Part shown: positions 31,801-41,376 of the stretch, in pieces | Layout: each line of letters opens with the position of its first letter | Numbering within the stretch: the stretch's first letter is position 1 | Assembly (NCBI GenBank): GCA_032718475.1 | Contig: JAUCBJ010003487.1 | Span: forward strand, 1 to 43,031 | DNA: 43,031 nucleotides | From: Nemertoderma westbladi | Lineage: Eukaryota > Animalia > Xenacoelomorpha | Reading direction: 5' to 3' | Position numbers and translations under genes: made by a program | The notes under the pieces: generated by a model | What the model was told of the DNA's origin: nothing | Database searches by the model: none | Seen by the model: only the letters and a program-made list of their open reading frames with translations

Positions 31801-32731
31801 CCGTCGCTTCACTTTCCACTTGGGAAAAAGTAGCGTCTGTTGATTCTCCATGGGTTGAGCGCTCCTCCAGCTGAGCTTTCCACTGAGCTGTTCCTTGAAC
31901 CTGGCGACTCACCCGTTGAAACCAAGTCTTTACGGCAACTTGCAACGACGTGTCTTGTCTTCTTTTAGAAGCCTCTTCAAAGGCTGATAATATTAGCCTG
32001 ATTCGCAGAATTCTTTCTCTAACTTGATAAAGCAGTTGTCCCTGCTCTTGAGGTCCTTGAGGTTGTTGTAACAGTTGTTTTTCTACTCGCTCCATAGAGC
32101 TGAAGAATCCCTGTGCGTATCCGGCTGCGGACCTCTTCCACACAGCTGGATCGATGGTTTCCTTGGCTACTCCCATCCGGTGTATGTCTTCCCAGGCAGC
32201 TTCTGATAAATCAAACGGGAGTCCGGGTCCGGGGAAGTTCCATTGCGACTCGACAATAGACTTCAGTTCTTCCCTCGTGTATCCCGCATAACTATCTCTA
32301 GTTGATCGCTGACTTCTCGCCCAATCGATCTGGTGTTCTTCCACCGCAATCAATAACCTAGTGAGTACGGCTGCAGGAAGGATGAGAAGGGGATCCGAAT
32401 AAACCGCATCCATCATCTTTGCTCCGCGTTCTGGTGTCAGTTCTACAGTATCCTCACTACTGGAGCTGTTGGGCCGTTGAGAAGTAAGTTCTTGGCTCGC
32501 GGGTTGTTGCTGTTCTGCTGCTTCTTGGTCCCGCTTGACCTGAGCTCGAGTGCCTATGATAGACCTACGATGTTGGACCAGCCTAGGTTCTGTTATTACT
32601 ACAGGAGGGATGACCTTCCTCACAGTGGGAGGTGAACTGAACTTACGACTAGACGGTTCTACGCCTCTATCTGAGTCGCAGATAGTTACATCTAATAAAC
32701 TGTCTGACAGGTTCTGCTTAGTATCAGACAT
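28001..32731 (-). CDS. Chimeric ORF: BEL/Pao Gag-protease fused in frame to a LINE ORF2 C-terminus
   Basis: 1576 aa uninterrupted. Homology with copy 1 ends at STPQDKLG (28814) and LINE sequence begins at LYNSCVCPILDY. Confidence 0.9.
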   Translation of the reverse strand: MSDTKQNLSDSLLDVTICDSDRGVEPSSRKFSSPPTVRKVIPPVVITEPRLVQHRRSIIGTRAQVKRDQEAAEQQQPASQELTSQRPNSSSSEDTVELTPERGAKMMDAVYSDPLLILPAAVLTRLLIAVEEHQIDWARSQRSTRDSYAGYTREELKSIVESQWNFPGPGLPFDLSEAAWEDIHRMGVAKETIDPAVWKRSAAGYAQGFFSSMERVEKQLLQQPQGPQEQGQLLYQVRERILRIRLILSAFEEASKRRQDTSLQVAVKTWFQRVSRQVQGTAQWKAQLEERSTHGESTDATFSQVESEATAEKPHKRDAIDIYLSDYQRFLGDDELRRRLEGLSPNSEGTKLVLDAIDVEMRAANQAKFDEQLRITRVQEEQVKKKRIEDRKTAAVAAAVAAAEAERKAAAAEAAAEAKARGSGRGKAAEQRQKQSGEAERKAAEAVAEAERRASEETTQLELENIQENQDCINKQLTASNMQMMNRSTPKRQGYTSSEEGDTTDTEGKGNRSRLSRRKRTFHRQKLPDLPPAVRRQLNNTNLGSTEPTDQIIKIERLPTIVDEPEIIRPVLEITPSVIDTPVLPEVTSKFPLHSTKLPVPSRTAQETVQVLDPERNIHDLSPVVPRPPATTLATPASAVEWVDERRRGMDLLLGQMQETVQQFKGTVRESRLELQEVQQSIALERDKLVNTQRGIPPPSVTMCQPVRSEVSHAQGVEPTRIYTASEVETPIVNPIKGNYRPVDNDIPYRPDHNPRNLYTDNSILNNTMAQESFTRQMARTEARQAVKVGEIVKFNGDEMKWLPFNEYYKDNIQNSVLSNGEKLRFLIECLEGPPKLMALRFIGHPDGLRQVWDTLNIRYGNRNNIAGYLYAKLVAPRKFISSGIIEFSDEIQEICRQLDWLGKSHEYQSAMVIRAVASTLPKGRVGTRWDKKVLYMMEQQQRDPTMADLMSFLDSEVKLQLIKQSREKTAESKVSEKPVSRRRVTPVCYTDDGESQTSQGEDSGKDTDRSYYVNKMPKDQVSKSKSRPNDRREPVQKTPPTSPKRIQVRKPEERTSVHHIAQVKVSNIKPKCVLCDGPHRLNACDKFLRKSLKDRREVMWDKRLCYNCLRQGHQRRTCYSDARCAKCGAKHHILLHTEFERNSPSQVSESELHVQFSDVNDTDQSEMEGFYTDEFSDQNESCYLINTTAVYRALVHEKDTDSDLTLTTSDQQPSWKTPTSNIGIREFPVVQLRVHGPQKSYIVNALLDSGSTGTFIDKELAEVIFAGQPKFRTKLNMSGIMQVWNSTVAADYYIGELSTPQDKLGLYNSCVCPILDYASGVWGYLAAPDIDTVHRKVMRSFLGVHKFTPNLAVEGEMGWIYPQHRRYLSLARRWNRLVEMTDDRLPKQIFNVDHGDTSGWCNEMLSIFKVLNFTDSYHRKLKVNLNNFSKSCDKYFEDKWSSELKSKPKLRTYIKFKSIFGAEQYVVNKCVTRSQRSLMAQFRCGVLPLAIEVGRFQGRSLEDRICTVCRSGEIEDEVHFLSDCSALDRSSIPLDIRKLNNQQKLKYFMCDNQVGAVKYLSSLFDERKNILYNHL

Positions 32732-34601
32732 GTTTATGTGTACAGTTGAATGTCTACTGCTGTATTACAGTCTGAGCAAGTCTAGTAACTCAGTATTAAC
32801 TGCTAGCCTAGTAATTAATTACCGGTACTGCTACTCAGTGCAGCGTGATATATATAATATATTAGAATACCGGTATGCTTATAGTATATATAACTATATA
32901 AGTATTATTACAGACTAGGTTTATCACAGAATACCGGTATAATTTTAGCACAAATATATATAAATATATAATAGGCCTATCGGAATACCGGTATACAGCT
33001 TACAGTTTGTAGTATATATAATTCTGGACTAGAATTAATTACAAGTACCGGTATAATTTCAGCCTAAATTTATAGAAATAAAGATAATAGGCCTATCGTA
33101 AATACCGGTATATCAATTATTTTAAATAATTGAATTTCTGAATTTTAGGGTTACTTGGTTACTTTACTTACTTTATTACCGTTATTTGAGCAGTAATCCA
33201 ACTGATATTGAGACCTAATGGTTGTATGGTAGGCCTACTATTTATAAATCGTTAGATTTGATTTATAATATATATATACCCGTTTTAATGGGTTTTGTCA
33301 ATGTTTGAAATAAATGTTATTATTTCTGGGGAGTAATCACTACACAAAGCGGTGCGCTTTCAGTGAAGTGTTACTTATAGGACACTAAAACAAATAATGC
33401 TAATTTACCTAAGTTACTTAATACTACAAATTACATACAATTCGGGTGAGATTACAATCTCTAAATAAACACAAAAATTTACAAAAACACAAATACGAAT
33501 TTTCAGGGTAATTTTACAAGAAGTCTACAAACCAGCCTAACAAAGGGTTAGAAATCTGGTTATTACAACGGACAGGGTACTACGGTATTTGAAAATAATA
33601 AGTAGTAGTAAATACACTGCGTTGTCCAGATAGGAAAATACCACCGCCTGACGACCTATAGCCGTATCGCTATAGGTACTACGTTATGTATCACGGAGTG
33701 TTCCTACCTAGAAGTTAATAGAGCTAATCGAACGTGCCTATCAACCACTTTACAACACAAATATAATGTCTACACTAATTACTTTCGGAAAGCACTGTAC
33801 ACTAAACCCTAAATTAGGTACGAGTACTTGTACAACATATAATCAGTAGTTAAATATACTTGAACAGCTAAAAGAACCACGGCATCTGCTGGAGTGACCG
33901 GTGCACAAAATCACCAGTCTTTACCTACGCCAAGCAGCCCGTGTAGTACCGGGGTTAATTTAACTATAGCGGTATGTATAACAAACACAATTATTGTAGG
34001 AACAAACTTGGGGAATGAATGTTGCGAATAATCGCATAAACTCTGAATAATAAATATTACGCTACGCGTACAAACCACTCAAACAAAATGCAGACCAAAT
34101 ACTGACAGACTACTATCAAGCCTAAATAAACTACAGGACATGCAGACTCCGAAATGATTAGGTAGTATGCGTTCTAACCCAGTAGCACGACTTATTCTTT
34201 AGTTGGGGGTTTACCTTACAGCTTTGGCTGCCCCTACTTCCTAACCGTTCTTTATCGGACAGAGGCTCTACACACACTGCAATCCGTTCAGACCTAATAA
34301 CAGCCAGACAACTATCCAGCCTACAAATTGTCTGTACAATCTGATCAGGCTTACACGCCTTCTGTTCAATACTGGCCTACAAACAAATAAAACTTGACAG
34401 AAATAAGTAAAAATCTCAATAAAAAACCAGGGCTGCAGTCCCTGATTAATTATTAAGGCCTACCAGTATATAATTATCAAAATCGAATAATACTGCTGTA
34501 CCTGTACTGCAGTATGTACCGGTCCGGGTGGTTAGGTAGTCAGGCCTACTTGGTACCGGTTGCCGGTACTTCAGCTTTATTGCCTACTGCAATACAGAAG
34601 C

Positions 34602-34613
34602 TATATCCGTTAT
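34602..34613 (-). promoter_or_regulatory. Non-tRNA PBS of copy 2, complementary to LTR 35350-35361
   Basis: Minus strand ATAACGGATATA abuts the LTR. Minus-strand TATATCCGTTAT lies at 35361-35350. Confidence 0.7.
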
Positions 34614-35824
34614 TGTTCGCGCTTTCAGACCTTTGGCAGTTTAACCCGCCAAATTAGGATGTCTTCTAGATAATAAATCACTTTTAGCCTCTGACAAGTA
34701 TTTGATTCACTACACTAGTCGAAACCAATCGGTGCGCGATCATTCACCCGCTGGATATACCCGTGAGATTGGGTTCGACGGCTTAATCGTATTGCTATGT
34801 AAGCCTAATGTATTATTCGACTGACAGTATTATATAATTTCTGACAATATTATTCACCTTCGGGGAATATTAACAGTTCCTTTAGGACGTGGCGCTCTAT
34901 CTATATAAACAGAGTTATGACTTAAACTACTCACAACGATATGGCTTAGTTATAATTCACATATATGGCGCATTCTTTAGGAAATGCTTCGTTATCAGTC
35001 TCACTCATACACAATACTGCACAATACTGCACACTAATCTGCCGATCTTCACTGATTTTAGTCACATATAAAAGGAACACAGACAAACTCATGTAGGGTC
35101 TATCAAATAACATTAGATTCACTTCAAACCACTTTAACATAAGTCGCAATCGTTATATGTAACCTTTCTCTCTTACCTTCGGTATATCAAGAATATTGGG
35201 TTTCGGGGTTATTTCTCGTTATTCCAAATATAATAATTCATCAACAAATATAATGAATAACCGACAGCAAAGCAGTAATGTTAAGTTAAGTTGCACAGTA
35301 TGGGCCAGTTAACTAGTGTTAACCAGTGCAGTTATGATGGTACATGCAGATAACGGATATATGTCCTTATAATTAAGCCTACTAGTGTTAGGCTAAAAGC
35401 AGAAAAGCACAAATATTCCAAAAGCCGTTCTTTCTTGGCTCAGGACTGAATGATAACACTGCCCATAAAGCATTGCGTGATTTCTAGGAAATTTCTGTAC
35501 AAGAACAGTAAAAACGCTCTGATTGGTTGACTGAACTGAGAGATGCCGTAGAACAAAGAAAATCAACACGTATGAATATCAGCTGTTAACCGTCGTCATA
35601 GTAACTACTGTTCAAGAGTATCTAGCCGCTTTTGCATCACGGAATTGCCATAGAATCATCAACTATGCCTTCCACAGTACGCATACGGAAGAAATAGCTC
35701 TTAGATCCTCTAAAAACACCGATACAGCAATAATACGGCCTCTTACGCCTATTAAACCAACTACAGAGTATTTTACGGGAAAAATAAGGAAAAATAACCG
35801 GGCAATTCAGCAAAAGCTTTTACA
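34614..35824 (-). repeat. 5' LTR of copy 2 (1211 bp)
   Basis: TGTAAAAGC...GAAAGCGCGAACA termini. The 3' two thirds are alignable to the copy 1 LTR; the 5' third is strongly diverged. Confidence 0.92.
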
Positions 35825-38800
35825 GTTAGATCGTCACTCGATGACTGTAAATGGTCCGAAACAGTCTACGCCGGTTATGTAGAACGGTGGTGAATCGAAT
35901 TGCAGCCGTGTAGCCGGTAACTCAGCCATTCTTTGGGTGAGCGGTGGCGCGAGGTATCGTCTGCAAGGGAAACATCGTTTTAGGACTTTTCGGATCAGTG
36001 GCTGGATGTGGGTAATCCAATATCTTTGCCGGATGTTAGCCATAATCCAGTTCTGGCCCGCGTGATGGTTTTCCTCGTGACACTGCTGGATTAATAGCTT
36101 AGCTAGTGTTGACGTTCCGGGCAGAAGTGCTGGGTATTTGACTTCATATTCGACCGGGGCATTTGCATTGGTATTTAGTCGGATCAGTCCATCTTCCCCC
36201 ATCATGGGTCTCAACTGGTACACTGGGCTGTCAGGTTTCAAGGTCTTGCCCGCTCTGAGCTGTTCCCATTCATCGGGGAAACTTTCTTTCTGGACATATC
36301 TCACAATACATTTCTCCGCAATAATGAGTTCTCGGATACTTCATCGAACTATCGGTTTATTATCCTTCCACCGCAGGAAGTTACGAAGAGTCATGATGTG
36401 GTGGATAAGACATCTCATCAAGGAGGTTCGCTCTATCAAGAGTTGTAAGGACGCGGTAGGTTGCGCAGTGGTCGCAACATTATAGTGCCTGCCTGAGTCC
36501 TTTGCAGGCTCGGTCAGGCAACTATAAATTTCCACGGTGGCGCTTCCATGGACTTTGCGAATCTCCTTGTCATCTTCCGAATATTTCCCGCTATCTAGTT
36601 CGGGATCGAATCAGATGCTCCAGGTTAGTTGTGGTAGCTTTAAGAACCCCAGGCCTGTGAGCCAAAGTTTACTCTTACCGAGCTGTCGTGGGGTGGCGCC
36701 TCTGCTCGATAAGTCCGCTGGGTTTTCTTTCCCGTTTACGTGGTGCCACTGTTCTCGGTTGGTACATTGTTTTATTTCCATGGCTCGGTTCGCTACGAAC
36801 GTGGTGTGTCGCCGTGATGGTGAGTGGAGGTAGTAAAGCACGATACTTGAATCAACCCAGAAATGCTGCGATTCGATGGGGATTCTTAGGTTCCGCATGA
36901 TCATGCGGTTCTGCCTCACTGCCCAGACTGCGGCCTGCAGCTCGAGTCTTGGGATTGTTACCACGAATTCCCCGGATACCGTCTTGGCTTCGGAGAATAA
37001 GAAGCTCGTATCACCGTTTCTATCCTGACTTAATCTTCTTAGGAAGGTAACTACGCCGATTCCGGTATTCGATCCATCTGAGAAAGTATGGAGCTGGAAT
37101 ATATCGGTGGGTAGTTTGTCGAGGAAGAACGGTCAAGGGATCCGCATGAGGTGTAGCTGTTCCATCCACTTCTTCCATTTGGCACTGAGGTGTGGGGGGA
37201 GTTCTTCGTCCCATCCCAGTCCTTCTATCCACATTTCTTTGATCAAATTCATACCGGCCAATGTTACTGGGGATATGAAGTTTAATGGATCAAATATGGT
37301 GCTCTTTACAGATAAACATCCCCTCTTTGTCATTGGTTTGGGCAGGGGGTTAGGTTTGAAGATGAACTGATCCAGTTCTATGTCCCATTCGATACCGAGT
37401 ATACGGTGATCCACACCCTCGGAATACATTTTGTTGTCGTCTAGCCGAATTTCTTCCAGGAACCTTTCCATAAGTTCCTAATCATGGGATCTAAACTTTA
37501 CAAGAGGGAAACCTCCTCTCTTTAAACATTCCACCATTCCCATAGCCAGCTGATATGCCTCGTCAACATTCTCGGCACCAGCGCATCCGTCGTCTACATA
37601 GAAACATCATTGGATGGTCTCTATGACTGTCGGAGGGAACTCATTTTCACACATAGTCGCTGTTTTCTTCAACATGTCGCTACATGCAACCGGTGAGTCC
37701 TTAGCGCCGAAGATTCTGACAATCATGCGCATTACGTCCACATCCTTCAAGGTGAGTTGGTTTATCTCTTGTGGAGTCAATGTTTTATCTGTCCACAATA
37801 TACGTAGGCAATCTGAGTCTCTTGGTAGCGTTCGGACCTGGTGGAACATCGCTTTGATGTCGCATGTGAAGGCTATTTTGTTTTCTCGGAACCTGATCAA
37901 TACGCCGATCAGTGTACTATAGATGTTGGGCCCGGTGTAAAGTTGGCTATTTAAGGATTCCTGATACATAGCCGCAGCATCATTTACTACCCGGATTTTA
38001 CCGCCCTTCCGGGCTTCAACCACATAGTGTGTTGGGAGGTAGTACGTCCGTCGTCCGTCTAGTCCCCTGTAGTTCATTCTGGGGCACCATTTCCGCCAAT
38101 CCATCTTCCAAATAACTTTTAATCACATTATTGTATTTCTCTTTTATCTCAGGTAGCTCGTTCAACCGGCGTAAGATACCCTTGAGCCTCCTAAGGGCCA
38201 TGCTGGCATTATTCGCCATCGGTCTATCTGGGTCTTTCCAAAGCATGGGCGAGCACCAATGTCCGTCTTTGAACGTGGCCTGGTCGAGAACATCCATACA
38301 ATATTGATCTTCTTTGGACGGGTTCTCGTCCTTCTCAGCAAATTCTTGAGTCTCTAGGTTGAAATATTTTGTCATCTCCTGTTGGGTTTTTTCTGTTTCC
38401 AAGAATAAATCCTCGTCGAGGTGGGTTGCTGAACAGTAACCCACATATGTTGCGTTCTCTTTGATCTGGCATTTAGGAAGATATGTATATGTGTCGGAAG
38501 TTTCCTCTTTGATGCCGCAGAGTGTCCATCCCATGATGGTGCGCTCCGCATAGAAACCGTCGTCCCGCTTTACGGATCGGGCGATGTCTCTGGTCGGTAT
38601 ATGTAATTCCGGTGTATCGAGTCCGATTAATAGCGTAATTCTGTTCACATCCAATGGTGGGCATCGTAGATCTACATCTTCCCGGTCTAACTGTATGAGG
38701 GGTGCGTATTCGGATGATTGTCGGAACTGCACTCTGAGATCGGTATGTACCAGAGCATTTTTGATTGTTAGTTTGACCGCTTCGTAACCCTTCATAACTC

Positions 38801-39482
38801 CTTCCATCTTGAGTTGTACCTCCCCGGACTCGGCCTCCTGTTTATATCTTTCCTCAGCTAGTACGTCCTGTTCGATCTGTAATTGGACGTATTCATCCTC
38901 CATTCGGGCTTTAAGGGCCAATGCCTTCTGTTCTCGTAGCTGATCTCGGAGTGGCTGACCCCCTTGGGAGCTGCGCGCTGAACCGGATATCTTGCTCCTG
39001 GCGCTGGAGTGCTGGTGCCTCGAGCACCCAGTTCTCTTTTGCTGAACCACGGTCCTGGTACCGGAGGTCCGCACTGATTCCGCGTCCACCCTCTCAGTTC
39101 TTTTGTAGTACTGCTCTTCGTAACCTCTCACGAGGCTGAGGGTCCTCCGATGTTGCTTGCGGAACTCTTCCAGATGTGCAACATGTTCCTCCAGTCTGGG
39201 GTAGTCTGGTATATCGGTTGCGGGGATGAGCTCCTCATATGCCTGTATCATCCGTTCATATCGTTGTAGGATACTTCGGATTTTTTGTAGTTGGGTATGT
39301 ATGTCGCTGAGGGGGGTCTCGACTCCCTTTAGTTGTTTCTCGATGCGGTGATATGCTCGAGTTACTCCGCCTTTGAGAGCGCCCAGTCGACGGGCCATGT
39401 TCTTTACGTTTGGGACCTCGTCAGCTTCCGAGTCTGTATGGGGCTCCATTTCATCGGTGTCGGAGACATTATCCGTTATCAT
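35825..39482 (-). pseudogene. Disrupted BEL/Pao gag-pol (gag N-terminus, protease tail, RT, RNase H, integrase N-terminus)
   Basis: LKGGVTR (gag start); LLIG...RTIMGWTLCG; RT KIRVVNDAAA, DIKAMFHQV, FGAKDSP and YVDD at 37600-37589; RNase H LHTFSDGS, TIPRLELQAA and NPADLSSRG; integrase HEENHHAG...CFPC and GVDCFGP. Several stops and frameshifts. Confidence 0.92.
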
Positions 39483-39670
39483 TCTAGCGCCTCATTTATT
39501 GCAAGATATGCGATATCGTAGAATAGTTCATCGTAGGTTTCGTATTCAGCCTGAACTACCCGAACAGTAATCCTGAATCGTCCCACGTTCGTACCCTGTA
39601 CTTCGACTTCAATGTGCCACATTCCTGGCTCAACTTGGATTATATTAATAGGTGTGATTGATACTTCCAT
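39479..39670 (-). CDS. 63-aa upstream ORF overlapping the gag start (ATGA)
   Basis: Its TGA overlaps the ATG of 38016-39482. The peptide has protein-like beta/alpha patterning. No family recognised. Confidence 0.35.
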   Translation of the reverse strand: MEVSITPINIIQVEPGMWHIEVEVQGTNVGRFRITVRVVQAEYETYDELFYDIAYLAINEALE

Positions 39671-39820
39671 TCCCTGTTAACAACTCTCTATTAATGATCT
39701 GCCGACTACGAGTTTTAAATTGAGTTTGTAAGTTGATTAAACCACGGCTTTGTCTTAAATCAAATACCAGAGTTTCCTCGTAGTGGTACTGGGTAAGCAC
39801 GGAGAGAGTTTGAAGAATAC

Positions 39821-41270
39821 TGTAGAATTCCCAACTTCCACCAGTTGAAGTTGGCCGCGTATTATTCTCAATTTTGTTGCTGTTATTCCCGACACCATGG
39901 GGAAAACGCCGATGCTGGAGGCGGAATTTTCAGACCACAGGATTCCGGCCAGTCACCAGATATTGGGAGTGGAGAAGGAGTCCTATCTGAGATGCAAGAT
40001 TGCAGTCGAGAAAAAGTTGCATTGGTTGGAAATAATCTTTAATATAACCTGAATGTTGTGACTGAACCTTGATTGAGAATAATTTGGGCTTCCCCACACC
40101 AATATACCAAATATTCACAATAATACACGAACATATAAATTCCTACAGTACATTAATTAATTACCCACTGTTCACTTTAGATTTTAACCTAACTAATGTT
40201 CCCCATTTTCCTTCGGTCCTAGTCCCGGTGCCGTAGTGTCAGTGTCGGTCGACCCTGTTGCGTGTCCGTCCCACCCTTCCCGAACCCCGAATGGATCAGT
40301 CATCAGGAAAGCGGTACGGCTTGGCTAAGGGTCGGTCAAGTCGGTAGACCCGGTTGCGTGTCCGTCCCACCCTTCCCGAACCCCGAAGGGATCGGTCATC
40401 AGGAAAGCGGTACGGCTTGGCTAGGGGTCTGTCAGTTCATCGCAGGGTCCCAACCACCTAAGCTTTCCGAATCCTTTTCAGGCTCGTATTCGCTTCGGTA
40501 GTCGAGAAGCTGCTCCTAATAGTCAGTAGGCCAGTAGAGTCCGGTCCTTTGTCTTTCAACCCCATTGCGTGTCTGCCCCACCCTTCCCAAACCCCGAAGG
40601 GATCGGTCATCAGGAAAGCGGTACGGCTTGGCTAGGGGTCTGTCAGCCCGTTGTGAGTCCCAACTGTCGGTAGCTTTCCGAGTCCCTTTCAGGCTCGTAG
40701 TAACGCCGGTTGTGGAAGCCACTCCAGGAAGGCAGTCCTCGTCGAACCCTTCCTCCGTCTAGTCGGTCGATCCGTCACAAGTCCCCGGTGCAGTCAGCAA
40801 GCTTTCCGAGTCCCTTTCAGGCTCGTAATAACTGCCGGTGACCAGGGACCACTAAGGATCTGTCTGTCGGTTCCTGTCGCAAATCCCTGACGCAATCAGC
40901 AGACTTTCCGAGTCCTTTTCAGGCTCGTAATATCTGCTGTTGGCCAGGAACCTCTAAGGGCAGTCCTTGTCCCTAGGCCTAGCGGGTTACCAAAACTACC
41001 TCTACAGGCAGTAGGAAGTTGGCTAGGCCTAATAGTATCAGGTAAACCTGAGTACTGCTTGATTTTGCCTCCCACCCTTGGCCCTTAAATATCTGATATG
41101 AGTCCCGTGCCCTGTAAGTCGCCCCAATATTCGCCCGTAAATCGCCCCCAGTCCATTGAATATACCCAAATTCCATGTTCCCACACCCAGTACTGATATT
41201 GGAATATTCATTATAAATAAATCCGAAAAATATTCAACTCGCGTTATGAAAAGTTGAAATACCGCGAACA
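39821..41270 (-). repeat. Putative 5' LTR of the third element (about 1450 bp)
   Basis: Minus strand TGTTCGCGG...GAATTCTACA with hairpins near both ends; unrelated AT-rich DNA begins after 41270. No second LTR is present to confirm the boundaries. Confidence 0.5.
40260..40929 (-). repeat. Interleaved array of two hairpin modules (3 x 74 bp, 4 x 28 bp)
   Basis: Module A at 40260, 40356 and 40567; module B at 40461, 40672, 40800 and 40903. Confidence 0.9.
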
Positions 41271-41279
41271 ACCATCACC

Positions 41280-41376
41280 TACTTTACGAAAAAATATTTT
41301 TATGTCACGTACTTTACGAAAAAATATTTTTATGTCACGTACTTTACGAAAAAATATTTTTATGTCACGTACTTTA
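41280..41376. repeat. 30-bp tandem repeat x3, with an inverted copy of its end near 41518-41533
   Basis: actttacgaaaaaatatttttatgtcacgt x3; tgtcacgtactttacca versus tggtaaagtacgtgaca. Confidence 0.9.

Larger units (their letters stand above)
28814..35824 (-). mobile_element. BEL/Pao element copy 2 (5' LTR, leader, gag-protease; 3' half missing)
   Basis: Reverse-complement homolog of 8850-16215. Starts TGTAAAAGCTTTTGC at 35824. Confidence 0.95.
35825..41270 (-). mobile_element. Third, different BEL/Pao element, degenerate, cut in integrase by insertion of copy 2
   Basis: RT, RNase H and integrase fragments in BEL order; putative LTR at 39821-41270. Confidence 0.85.

Noticed and set aside
39469-39479. 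ATAACGGATA on the minus strand matching the copy 2 PBS
   Set aside because: Lies in coding sequence of a different family with no LTR end beside it; likely chance.
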